Shown: in pieces, positions 27,248-41,100 of the stretch | Layout: each line of letters starts with the position of its first letter | How positions within the stretch are numbered: position 1 is the first letter of the stretch | Origin: Azolla caroliniana | Taxonomy: Eukaryota; Plantae; Polypodiophyta | Reading direction: 5' to 3' | NCBI GenBank assembly: GCA_043228905.1 | Contig: JBHGNT010000024.1 | Location: 124,001 to 188,000, forward strand | DNA length: 64,000 bases | Notes under the pieces: model-generated | Seen by the model: the letters and a program-made list of their open reading frames with translations, nothing else | Database searches by the model: none | Told to the model about the DNA's origin: nothing | Program-made: the position numbers and the translations under genes

Positions 27248-30200
27248 AATCAAGAATTTGAAACTCAGGTCGAGAGACATGACGAAAATAGCAAACTTGA
27301 GGAGGGAGTTGAGAGGAGCCCTTGAGTAAATTAAAATGTTCATACCTGGCTCGTCTGGTATCGGATTTTTGTGTTGAAACATGCGAATCGAAGCTCGCGA
27401 CGCTACCTATGATATGGAATTAAGAAATCAAGATTTTGAAACTCAGGTCGATAGATGTGACGAAATTACCAAATTTGAGGAGTGATTTGAGAGGAGCCCT
27501 TGAGTAAATTAAAATGTTCATATCGGGCTCGTGTGATATCGGATTTTTGTGTTCAAACATGCAAATCGAAGCTAACAACGCTACCTATGATATGGAATTA
27601 AAAAATCAAGATTTTGAAACTCAGGTCGAGAGACATGACGAAAATAGCAAACCTTTGGAGGGAGTTGAGAGGAGCCCTTGAGTAAATTAAAATGTTCATA
27701 CCTGGCTCGTGTGATATCGGATTTTTGTGTTCAAACATGCAAATCGAAGCTAACAACGCTACCTATGATATGGAATTAAAAAATCAAGATTTTAAAACTC
27801 AAGTCCAGAGACATGACGAAAATAGCAAACTTGAGGAGGGAGTAGAGAGGAGCCCTTGAGTAAAGTAAAATATTCATACCTGGCTCGTGTGATATCGGAT
27901 TTTTGTGTTCAAACATGCCAATCGAAGCTAACAACGCTAGCTATGGTATGGAATTAAAAAATCAAGAATTTGAAACTCAGGTCGAGAGATGTGACGAAAT
28001 TACCAAATTTGAGGAGTGATTTGAGAGGAGCCCTTGAGTAAATTAAAATGTTCATATCGGGCTCGTGTGATATCGGATTTTTGTGTTCAAACATGCAAAT
28101 CGAAGCTAACAACGCTACCTATGATATGGAATTAAAAAATCAAGATTTTGAAACTCAGGTCGAGAGACATGACGAAATTACCAAATTGGAGGAGTGAGTT
28201 GAGAAGAGGTAGTAGGTAAATTAAAATGTTCATACCTGGCTCGTGTCATATCGGATTTTTGTGTTCAAACATGCGAATCGAAGCTAACAACGCTACCTAT
28301 GATATGGAATTAAAAAAACAAGATTTTGAAACTCAGGTCGAGAGACATGACGAAAATAGCAAACTTGAGGAGGGAGTTGAGAGGAGCCCTTGAGTAAATT
28401 AAAATGTTCATACCTGGCTCGTGTGATATAGGATTTTTGTGTTCAAACATGCGAATCGAAGCTGGCGACGCTACCTATGATATGGAATTAAAAAATCAAG
28501 ATTTTGAACCTCAGGTCGAGAGACATGACGAAAATAGCAAACTTGAGGAGGGAGTTGAGAGGAGCCCTTGAGTAAATTAAAATGTTCATACCTGGCTCGT
28601 GTGATATCGGATTTTTGTGTTCAAACATGCGAATCGAAGCTAACAACGCTAGCTATGATATGGAATTAAAAAATCAAGATTTTAAACCTCAAGTCCAGAG
28701 ACATGACGAAAATAGCAAACTTGAGGAGGGAGTTGAGAGGAGCCCTTGAGTAAATTAAAATGTTCATACCTGACTCGTGTGATATCGGATTTTTGTGTTC
28801 AAACATGTGAATCGAAGCTGGCGACGCTACCTATGATATGGAATTAAAAAATCAAGATTTTGAAACTCAGGTCGAGAGACATGACGAAAATAGCAAACCT
28901 TTGGAGGGAGTTGAGAGGAGCCCTTGAGTAAATTAAAATGTTCATACCTGGCTCGTGTGATATCGGATTTTTGTGTTCAAACATGCAAATCGAAGCTAAC
29001 AACGCTACCTATGATATGGAATTAAAAAATCAAGATTTTAAAACTCAAGTCCAGAGACATGACGAAAATAGCAAACTTGAGGAGGGAGTAGAGAGGAGCC
29101 CTTGAGTAAAGTAAAATATTCATACCTGGCTCGTGTGATATCGGATTTTTGTGTTCAAACATGCGAATCGAAGCTAACAACGCTACCTATGATATGGAAT
29201 TAAAAAATCAAGATTTTAAAACTCAGGTCGAGAGACATGACGAAAATAGCAAACTTGAGGAGGGAGTTGAGAGGAGCCCTTGAGTAAATTAAAATGTTCA
29301 TACCTGGCTCGTGTGATATCGGATTTATGTGTTCAAACATGCGAATCGAAGCTAACAACGCTACCTATGATATGAAATTAAAAAATCAAGAATTTGAAAC
29401 TCAGGTCGAGAGATGTGACGAAATTACCAAATTTGAGGAGTGATTTCAGAGGAGCCCTTGAGTAAATTAAAATGTTCATATCGGGCTCGTGTGATATCGG
29501 ATTTTTGTGTTCAAACATGCAAATCGAAGCTAACAATGCTACCTATGATATCGGATTAAAAAATCAAGATTTTGAAACTCAGGTCGAGAGACATGACGAA
29601 AATAGCAAACTTGAGGAGGGAGTTGAGAGGAGCCCTTGAGTAAATTAAAATGTTCATACCTGGCTCTTGTGATATTGGATTTTTGTGTTCAAACATGCGA
29701 ATCGAAGCTAACAACGCTAGCTATGATATGGAATTAAAAAATCAAGATTTTGAAACTCAGGTCGAGAGACATGACGAAAATAGCAAACTTGAGGAGGGAG
29801 TAGAGAAGAGCCCTTGAGTAAATTAAAATGTTCATACCTGGCTCGTGTGATATCGAATTTTTGTGTTCAAACATGCGAATCGAAGCTTGCAACGCTAGCT
29901 ATGATATGGAATTAAAAAATCAAGATTTTGAAACTCAGGTCGAGAGACATGACGAAAATAGCAAACTTGAGGAGGGAGTTGAGAAGAGCCCTTGAGTAAA
30001 TTAAAATGTTCATACCTAGCTCGTGTGATATCGAATTTTTGTGTTCAAACATGCGAATCGAAGCTAACAACGCTAGCTATGATATGGAATTAAAAAATCA
30101 AGAATTTGAAACTCAGGTCGAGAGATGTGACGAAATTACCAAATTTGAGGAGTGATTTCAGAGGAGCCCTTGAGTAAATTAAAATGTTCATATCGGGCTC

Positions 30201-32469
30201 GTGTGATATCGGATTTTTGTGTTCAAACATGCAAATCGAAGCTAACAACGCTACCTATGATATGGAATTAAAAAATCAAGATTTTGAAACTCAGGTCGAG
30301 AGACATGACGAAAATAGCAAACTTGAGGAGGGAGTTGAGAGGAGCCCTTGAGTAAATTAAAATGTTCATACCTGGCTCGTCTGGTATCGGATTTTTGTGT
30401 TCAAACATGCGAATCGAAGCTCGCGACGCTACCTATGATATGGAATTAAGAAATCAAGATTTTGAAAGTCAGGTCGAGAGATGTGACGAAATTACCAAAT
30501 TTGAGGAGTGATTTGAGAGGAGCCCTTGAGTAAATTAAAATGTTCATATCGGGCTCGTGTGATATCGGATTTTTGTGTTCAAACATGCAAATCGAAGCTA
30601 ACAACGCTACCTATGATATGGAATTAAAAAATCAAGATTTTAAAACTCAGGTCGAGAGACATGACGAAAATAGCAAACTTGAGGAGGGAGTTGAGAGGAG
30701 CCCTTGAGTAAATTAAAATGTTCATACCTGGCTCGTGTGATATCGGATTTTTGTGTTCAAACATGCAAATCGAAGCTAGCAACGCTAGCTATGATATGGA
30801 ATTAAAAAATCAAGAATTTGAAACTCAGGTCGAGAGACATGACGAAAATAGCAAACGTGAGGAGGGAGTTGAGAGGAGCCCTTGAGTAAATTAAAATGTT
30901 CATACCTGACTCGTGTGATATCGGATTTTTGTGTTCAAACATGCAAATCAAAGCTAACAACGCTAGCTATGCGATGGAATTAAAAAATCAAGATTTTAAA
31001 ATGCAAGTCCAGAGACATGACGAAATTACCAAATTTGAGGAGTGAGCTGAGAAGAGCTAGTAGGTAAATTAAAATGCTCATACCTGGCTCGTGTGATATC
31101 GGATTTATGTGTTCAAATATGCGACTCGAAGCTAACAACGCTAGCTATGATATGGAATTAAAAAATCAAGATTTTGAAACTCAGGTCGAGAGACATGACG
31201 TAAATAGCAAACTTGAGGAGGGAGTTGAGAGGAGCCCTTGAGTAAATTAAAATGTTCATATCGGGCTCGTGTGATATCGGATTTTTGTGTTCAAACATGC
31301 AAATCGAAGCTAACAATGCTAGCTATGATATGGAATTAAAAAATCAAGAATTTGAAACTCAGGTCGAGAGATGTGACGAAATTACCAAATTTGAGAAATG
31401 ATTTGAGAGGAGCCCTTGAGTAAATTAAAATGTTCATATCGGGCTCGTGTGATATCGGATTTTTGTGTTCAAACATGCAAATCGAAGCTAACAATGCTAG
31501 CTATGATATGGAATTAAAAAATCAAGAATTTGAAACTCAGGTCGAGAGATGTGACGAAATTACCAAATTTGAGAAATGATTTGAGAGGAGCCCTTGAGTA
31601 AATTAAAATGTTCATATCGGGCTCGTGTGATATCGGATTTTTGTGTTCAAACATGCAAATCGAAGCTAACAATACTACCTATGATATGGAATTAAAAAAT
31701 CAAGAATTTGAAACTCAGGTCGAGAGATGTGACGAAATTACCAAATTTGAAGAGTGAATTGAGAAGAGCTAGTAGGTAAATTAAAATGTTCATATCGGGC
31801 TCGTGTGATATCGGATTATTGTGTTCAAACATGCAAATCGAAGCTAACAACGCTACCTATGATATGGAATTAAAAAATCAAGATTTTGAAACTCAGGTCG
31901 AGAGACATGACGAAAATAGCAAACTTGAGGAGGGAGTTGAGAGGAGCCCTTGAGTAAATTAAAATGTTCATACCTGGCTCTTGTGATATTGGATTTTTGT
32001 GTTCAAACATGCAAATCGAAGCTAGCAACGCTAGCTATGATATGGAATTAAAAAATCAAGATTTTGAAACTCAGGTCGAGAGACATGACGAAAATAGCAA
32101 ACTTGAGGAGGGAGTTGAGAGGAGCCCTTGAGTAAATTAAAATGTTCATACCTGGCTCGTGTGATATCGGATTTTTGTGTTCAAACATGCGAATCGAAGC
32201 TGGCGACGCTACCTATGATATGGAACTAAAAAATCAAGATTTTGAACCTCAGGTCGAGAGACATGACGAAAATAGCAAACTTGAGGAGGGAGTTGAGAGG
32301 AGCCCTTGAGTAAATTAAAATGTTCATACCTGGCTCGTGTGATATCGGATTTTTGTGTTCAAACATGCGAATCGAAGCTGGCGACGCTACCAATGATATG
32401 GAATTAAAAAATCAAGATTTTGAAACTCAGGTCGAGAGACATAACGAAAATAGCAAACTTGAGGAGGGA

Positions 32470-35400
32470 GTTGAGAGGAGCCCTTGAGTAAATTAAAATG
32501 TTCATACCTGGCTCTTGTGATATCGGATTTTTGTGTTCAAACATGCAAATCGAAGCTAACAAGGCTACCTATGCTATGGAATTAAAAAATCAAGATTTTG
32601 AAACTCAGGTCGAGAGACATGACGAAAATAGCAAACTTGAGGAGGGAGTTGAGAGGAGCCCTTGAGTTAATTAAAATGTTCATACCTGGCTCGTGTGGTA
32701 TCGGATTTTTGTGTTCAAACATGCGAATCGAAGCTAACAATGCTAGCTATGATATGGAATTAAAAAATCAAGATTTTAAAACTCAAGTCCAGAGACATGA
32801 CGAAATTACCTAATTTGAGGAGTGAGTTGAGAAGAGCTAGTAGGTAAATTTAAATGTTCATACCTGGCTCGTGTCATATCGGATTTATTTGTTCAAATAT
32901 GCGAATCGAAGCTAACAACGCTAGCTATGATATGGAATTAAAAAATCAAGATTTTGAAACTCAGGTCGAGAGACATGACGAAAATAGCAAACTTGAGGAG
33001 GGAGTTGAGAGGAGCCCTTGAGTAAATTAAAATGTTCATACCTGGCTCTTGTGATATTGGATTTTTGTGTTCAAACATGCAAATCGAAGCTAGCAACGCT
33101 AGCTATGATATGGAATTAAAAAATCAAGATTTTGAAACTCAGGTCGAGAGACATGACGAAAATAGCAAACTTGAGGAGGGAGTTGAGAGGAGCCCTTGAG
33201 TAAATTAAAATGTTCATACCTGGCTCGTGTGATATCGGATTTTTGTGTTCAAACATGCGAATCGAAGCTGGCGACGCTACCTATGATATGGAACTAAAAA
33301 ATCAAGATTTTGAACCTCAGGTCGAGAGACATGACGAAAATAGCAAACTTGAGGAGGGAGTTGAGAGGAGCCCTTGAGTAAATTAAAATGTTCATACCTG
33401 GCTCGTGTGATATCGGATTTTTGTGTTCAAACATGCGAATCGAAGCTGGCGACGCTACCAATGATATGGAATTAAAAAATCAAGATTTTGAAACTCAGGT
33501 CGAGAGACATAACGAAAATAGCAAACTTGAGGAGGGAGTTGAGAGGAGCCCTTGAGTAAATTAAAATGTTCATACCTGGCTCTTGTGATATCGGATTTTT
33601 GTGTTCAAACATGCGAATCGAAGCTAACAATGCTAGCTATGATATGGAATTAAAAAATCAAGATTTTAAAACTCAAGTCCAGAGACATGACGAAATTACC
33701 TAATTTGAGGAGTGAGTTGAGAAGAGCTAGTAGGTAAATTTAAATGTTCATACCTGGCTCGTGTCATATCGGATTTATTTGTTCAAATATGCGAATCGAA
33801 GCTAACAACGCTAGCTATGATATGGAATTAAAAAATCAAGATTTTGAAACTCAGGTCGAGAGACATGACGAAAATAGCAAACTTGAGGAGGGAGTTGAGA
33901 AGAGCCCTTGAGTAAATTAAAATGTTCATACCTGGCTCGTGTGATATCGAATTTTTGTGTTCAAACATGCGAATCGAAGCTAACAACGCTACCTATGATA
34001 TGGAATTAAAAAATCAAGATTTTAAAACTCAGGTCGAGAGACATGACGAAAATAGCAAACTTGAGGAGGGAGTTGAGAGGAGCCCTTGAGTAAATTAAAA
34101 TGTTCATACCTGGCTCGTGTGATATCGGATTTTTGTGTTCAAACATGCGAATCGAAGCTGGCGACGCTACCTATGATATGGAACTAAAAAATCAAGATTT
34201 TGAACCTCAGGTCGAGAGACATGACGAAAATAGCAAACTTGAGGAGGGAGTTGAGAGGAGCCCTTGAGTAAATTAAAATGTTCATACCTGGCTCGTGTGA
34301 TATCGGATGTTTGTGTTCAAACATGCGAATCGAAGCTAGCAACGCTAGCTATGATATGGAATTAAAAAATCAAGATTTTGAAACTCAGGTCGAGAGACAT
34401 GACGAAAGTAGCAAACTTGAGGAGGGAGTTGAGAGGAGCCCTTGAGTAAATTAAAATGTTCATACCTGGCTCTTGTGATATCGGATTTTTGTGTTCAAAC
34501 ATGCAAATCGAAGCTAACAAGGCTACCTATGCTATGGAATTAAAAAATCAAGATTTTGAAACTCAGGTCGAGAGACATGACGAAAATAGCAAACTTGAGG
34601 AGGGAGTTGAGAGGAGCCCTTGAGTTAATTAAAATGTTCATACCTGGCTCGTGTGGTATCGGATTTTTGTGTTCAAACATGCGAATCGAAGCTAACAATG
34701 CTAGCTATGATATGGAATTAAAAAACAAAGATTTTAAAACTCAAGTCCAGAGACATGACGAAATTACCTAATTTGAGGAGTGAGTTGAGAAGAGCTAGTA
34801 GGTAAATTTAAATGTTCATACCTGGCTCGTGTCATATCGGATTTATTTGTTCAAATATGCGAATCGAAGCTAACAACGCTAGCTATGATATGGAATTAAA
34901 AAATCAAGATTTTGAAACTCAGGTCGAGAGACATGACGAAAATAGCAAACTTGAGGAGGGAGTTGAGAGGAGCCCTTGAGTAAATTAAAATGTTCATACC
35001 TGGCTCGTGTGATATCGGATTTTTGTGTTCAAACATGCGAATCGAAGCTGGCGACGCTACCTATGATATGGAACTAAAAAATCAAGATTTTGAACCTCAG
35101 GTCGAGAGACATGACGAAAATAGCAAACTTGAGGAGGGAGTTGAGAGGAGCCCTTGAGTAAATTAAAATGTTCATACCTGGCTCGTGTGATATCGGATTT
35201 TTGTGTTCAAACATGCGAATCGAAGCTGGCGACGCTACCAATGATATGGAATTAAAAAATCAAGATTTTGAAACTCAGGTCGAGAGACATAACGAAAATA
35301 GCAAACTTGAGGAGGGAGTTGAGAGGAGCCCTTGAGTAAATTAAAATGTTCATACCTGGCTCTTGTGATATCGGATTTTTGTGTTCAAACATGCGAATCG

Positions 35401-38165
35401 AAGCTAACAATGCTAGCTATGATATGGAATTAAAAAATCAAGATTTTAAAACTCAAGTCCAGAGACATGACGAAATTACCTAATTTGAGGAGTGAGTTGA
35501 GAAGAGCTAGTAGGTAAATTTAAATGTTCATACCTGGCTCGTGTCATATCGGATTTATTTGTTCAAATATGCGAATCGAAGCTAACAACGCTAGCTATGA
35601 TATGGAATTAAAAAATCAAGATTTTGAAACTCAGGTCGAGAGACATGACGAAAATAGCAAACTTGAGGAGGGAGTTGAGAAGAGCCCTTGAGTAAATTAA
35701 AATGTTCATACCTGGCTCGTGTGATATCGAATTTTTGTGTTCAAACATGCGAATCGAAGCTAACAACGCTACCTATGATATGGAATTAAAAAATCAAGAT
35801 TTTAAAACTCAGGTCGAGAGACATGACGAAAATAGCAAACTTGAGGAGGGAGTTGAGAGGAGCCCTTGAGTAAATTAAAATGTTCATACCTGGCTCGTGT
35901 GATATCGGATTTTTGTGTTCAAACATGCGAATCGAAGCTGGCGACGCTACCTATGATATGGAACTAAAAAATCAAGATTTTGAACCTCAGGTCGAGAGAC
36001 ATGACGAAAATAGCAAACTTGAGGAGGGAGTTGAGAGGAGCCCTTGAGTAAATTAAAATGTTCATACCTGGCTCGTGTGATATCGGATGTTTGTGTTCAA
36101 ACATGCGAATCGAAGCTAGCAACGCTAGCTATGATATGGAATTAAAAAATCAAGATTTTGAAACTCAGGTCGAGAGACATGACGAAAGTAGCAAACTTGA
36201 GGAGGGAGTTGAGAGGAGCCCTTGAGTAAATTAAAATGTTCATACCTGGCTCTTGTGATATCGGATTTTTGTGTTCAAACATGCAAATCGAAGCTAACAA
36301 GGCTACCTATGCTATGGAATTAAAAAATCAAGATTTTGAAACTCAGGTCGAGAGACATGACGAAAATAGCAAACTTGAGGAGGGAGTTGAGAGGAGCCCT
36401 TGAGTTAATTAAAATGTTCATACCTGGCTCGTGTGGTATCGGATTTTTGTGTTCAAACATGCGAATCGAAGCTAACAATGCTAGCTATGATATGGAATTA
36501 AAAAATCAAGATTTTAAAACTCAAGTCCAGAGACATGACGAAATTACCTAATTTGAGGAGTGAGTTGAGAAGAGCTAGTAGGTAAATTTAAATGTTCATA
36601 CCTGGCTCGTGTCATATCGGATTTATTTGTTCAAATATGCGAATCGAAGCTAACAACGCTAGCTATGATATGGAATTAAAAAATCAAGATTTTGAAACTC
36701 AGGTCGAGAGACATGACGAAAATAGCAAACTTGAGGAGGGAGTTGAGAGGAGCCCTTGAGTAAATTAAAATGTTCATACCTGGCTCTTGTGATATTGGAT
36801 TTTTGTGTTCAAACATGCAAATCGAAGCTAGCAACGCTAGCTATGATATGGAATTAAAAAATCAAGATTTTGAAACTCAGGTCGAGAGACATGACGAAAA
36901 TAGCAAACTTGAGGAGGGAGTTGAGAGGAGCCCTTGAGTAAATTAAAATGTTCATACCTGGCTCGTGTGATATCGGATTTTTGTGTTCAAACATGCGAAT
37001 CGAAGCTGGCGACGCTACCTATGATATGGAACTAAAAAATCAAGATTTTGAACCTCAGGTCGAGAGACATGACGAAAATAGCAAACTTGAGGAGGGAGTT
37101 GAGAGGAGCCCTTGAGTAAATTAAAATGTTCATACCTGGCTCGTGTGATATCGGATTTTTGTGTTCAAACATGCGAATCGAAGCTGGCGACGCTACCAAT
37201 GATATGGAATTAAAAAATCAAGATTTTGAAACTCAGGTCGAGAGACATAACGAAAATAGCAAACTTGAGGAGGGAGTTGAGAGGAGCCCTTGAGTAAATT
37301 AAAATGTTCATACCTGGCTCTTGTGATATCGGATTTTTGTGTTCAAACATGCGAATCGAAGCTAACAATGCTAGCTATGATATGGAATTAAAAAATCAAG
37401 ATTTTAAAACTCAAGTCCAGAGACATGACGAAATTACCTAATTTGAGGAGTGAGTTGAGAAGAGCTAGTAGGTAAATTTAAATGTTCATACCTGGCTCGT
37501 GTCATATCGGATTTATTTGTTCAAATATGCGAATCGAAGCTAACAACGCTAGCTATGATATGGAATTAAAAAATCAAGATTTTGAAACTCAGGTCGAGAG
37601 ACATGACGAAAATAGCAAACTTGAGGAGGGAGTTGAGAAGAGCCCTTGAGTAAATTAAAATGTTCATACCTGGCTCGTGTGATATCGAATTTTTGTGTTC
37701 AAACATGCGAATCGAAGCTAACAACGCTACCTATGATATGGAATTAAAAAATCAAGATTTTAAAACTCAGGTCGAGAGACATGACGAAAATAGCAAACTT
37801 GAGGAGGGAGTTGAGAGGAGCCCTTGAGTAAATTAAAATGTTCATACCTGGCTCGTGTGATATCGGATTTTTGTGTTCAAACATGCGAATCGAAGCTGGC
37901 GACGCTACCTATGATATGGAACTAAAAAATCAAGATTTTGAACCTCAGGTCGAGAGACATGACGAAAATAGCAAACTTGAGGAGGGAGTTGAGAGGAGCC
38001 CTTGAGTAAATTAAAATGTTCATACCTGGCTCGTGTGATATCGGATGTTTGTGTTCAAACATGCGAATCGAAGCTAGCAACGCTAGCTATGATATGGAAT
38101 TAAAAAATCAAGATTTTGAAACTCAGGTCGAGAGACATGACGAAAGTAGCAAACTTGAGGAGGGA
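32470..38165. repeat. Three-copy higher-order repeat of 11/10/11 monomers
   Basis: ORFs at 32598, 34556 and 36336 are offset by 1958 (11x178) and 1780 (10x178). Markers AAGGCTACCTATGCT, GGATGTTTG, GAAAGTAGC and ATTTATTTG recur in each unit. Confidence 0.88.
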
Positions 38166-41100
38166 GTTGAGAAGAGCCCTTGAGTAAATTAAAATTTTCA
38201 TACCTGGCTCGTGTGATATCGAATTTTTGTGTTCAAACATGCGAATCGAAGCTAACAACGCTACCTATGATATGGAATTAAAAAATCAAGATTTTGAAAC
38301 TCAGGTCGAGAGACATGACGAAAATAGCAAACTTGAGGAAGGAGTTGAGAAGAGCTAGTAGGTAAATTAAAATGTTCATACCTGGCTCGTGTGATATCGG
38401 ATTTTTGTTTTCAAACATGCGAATTGAAGCTAACAACGCTAGCTATGATATGGAATTAAAAAATCAAGAATATGAAACTCAGGTCGAGAGATGTGACGAA
38501 ATTACCAAATTTGAGAAGTGATTTGAGAGGAGCCCTTGAGTAAATTAAAATGTTCATATCGGGCTCGTGTGATATCGGATTTTTGTGTTCAAACATGCAA
38601 ATCGAAGCCAACAATGCTACCTATGATATGGAATTAAAAAATCAAGAATTTAAAACTCAGGTCGAGAGATGTGACGAAATTACCAAATTTGAAGAGTGAA
38701 TTGAGAAGAGCTAGTAGGTAAATTAAAATGTTCATATCGGGCTCGTGTGATATCGGATTATTGTGTTCAAACATGCAAATCGAAGCTGACAACGCTACCT
38801 ATGATATGGAATTAAAAAATCAAGAATTTGAAACTCAGGTCGAGAGAAATGACGAAAATAGCAAACTTGAGGAGGGAGTTGAGAGGAGCCCTTGAGTAAA
38901 TTAAAATGTTCATACCTGGCTCGTGTGATATCGGATTTTTGTGTTCAAACATGCGAATCGAAGCTGGCGACGCTACCTATGATATGGAATTAAAAAATCA
39001 AGATTTCGAAACTCAGGTCGAGAGACATGACGAAAATAGCAAACTTGAGGAGGGAGTTGAGAGGAGCCCTTGAGTTAATTAAAATGTTCATACCTGGCTC
39101 GTGTGGTATCGGATTTTTGTGTTCAAACATGCGAATCGAAGCTAACAATGCTAGCTATGATATGGAATTAAACAATCAAGATTTTAAAACTCAAGTCCAG
39201 AGACATGACGAAATTACCTAATTTGAGGAGTGAGTTGAGAAGAGCTAGTAGGTAAATTTAAATGTTCATACCTGGCTCGTGTCATATCGGATTTATGTGT
39301 TCAAATATGCGAATCGAAGCTAACAACGCTACCTATGATATGGAATTAAAAAATCAAGATTTTGAAACTCAGGTCGAGAGACATGACGAAAATAGCAAAC
39401 TTGAGGAGGGAGTTGAGAAGAGCCCTTGAGTAAATTAAAATTTTCATACCTGGCTCGTGTGATATCGAATTTTTGTGTTCAAACATGCGAATCGAAGCTA
39501 ACAAGGCTACCTATGATATGGAATTAAAAAATCAAGATTTTAAAACTCAGGTCGAGAGACATGACGAAAATAGCAAACTTGAGGAGGGAGTTGAGAGGAG
39601 CCCTTGAGTAAATTAAAATGTTCATACCTGGCTCGTGTGATATCGGATTTTTGTATTCAAACATGCAAACCGAAGCTAGCAATGCTAGCTATGATATGAA
39701 ATTAAAAAATCAAGATTTTAAAACTCAAGTCCAGAGACATGACGAAATTACCTAATTTGAGGAGTGAGTTGAGAAGAGCTAGTAGGTAAATTTAAATGTT
39801 CATACCTGGCTCGTGTCATATCGGATTTTTGTGTTCAAACATGCGAATCGAAGCTAACAACGCTAGCTATGATATAGAATTAAAAAATCAATATTTTGAA
39901 ATTCAGGTCGAGAGACATGACGAAAATACCAAACTTGAGGAGGGAGTTGAGAGGAGCCCTTGAGTAAATTAACATGTTCATACCTGGCTCGTGTGATATC
40001 GGATTTTTGTGTTCAAACATGCAAATCGAAGCTAACAACGCTACCTATGATATGGAATTAAAAAATCAAGATTTTATAACTCAAGTCCAGAGACATGACG
40101 AAATTACCAAATTTGAGGAGTGAGTTGAAAAGAGGTAGTAGGTAAATTAAAATGTTCATACCTGGCTCGTGTCATATCGGATTTATGTGTTCAAATATGC
40201 GAATCGAAGCTAACACCGCTAGCTATGAGATGGAATTAAAAAATCAAGATTTTGAAACTCCGGTCGACAGACATGATGAAAATAGCAAACTTGAGGAGGG
40301 AGTGGAGAAGAGCCCTTGAGTAAATTAAAATGTTCATACCTTGCTCGTGTGATATCGAATTTTTGTGTTCAAACATGCGAATCGAAGCTAACAACCCTAC
40401 CTATGATATGGAATTAAAAAATCAAGATTTTGAAACTCAGGTCGAGAGACATGACGAAAATAGCAAACTTGAGGAGGGAGTTGAGAGGAGCACTTGAGTA
40501 AATTAAAATGTTCATACCTGGCTCGTGTGATATCGGAGTTTTGTGTTCAAACATGCGAATCGAAGCTGGCGACGCTACCTATGATATGGAATTAAAAAAT
40601 CAAGATTTTGAAACTCAGGTCGAGAGACATAACGAAAATAGCAAACTTGAGGAGGGGGTTGAGAGGAGCCCTTGAGTAAATTAAAATGTTCATAGCTGGC
40701 TCTTGTGATATCGGATTTTTGTGTTCAAACATGCAAATCGAAGCTAACAACGCTACCTATGATATGGAATTAAAAAATCAAGATTTTAAAACGCAAGTCC
40801 AGAGACATGACGAAATTACCAAATTTGAGGAGTGAGTTGAGAAGAGGTAGTAGGTAAATTAAAATGTTCATACCTGGCTCGTGTCATATCGGATTTATGT
40901 GTTCAAATATGCGAATCGAAGCTAACAACGCTACCTATGATATGGAATTAAAAAATCAAGATTTTAAAACTCAGGTCGAGAGACATGACGAAAATAGCAA
41001 ACTTGAGGAGGGAGTTGAGAGGAGCCCTTGAGTAAATTAAAATGTTCATACCTGGCTCGTGTGATATCGGATGTTTGTGTTCAAACATGCGAATCGAAGC

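Larger units (their letters stand above)
11977..29950. repeat. ~9.35-kb tandem block duplication (~52.5 monomers): ~11980-20605 vs ~21360-29950
   Basis: The offset is 9382 before the 37-bp junction (ORFs 11977/21359) and 9345 = 52x178+89 after it (ORFs 16400/25745; 89-bp junctions 17814/27159). Shared variants include AATCCAG, GGACCCC, TTTCAGG, GTCGATAGA and TATGAAATT. Confidence 0.92.
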
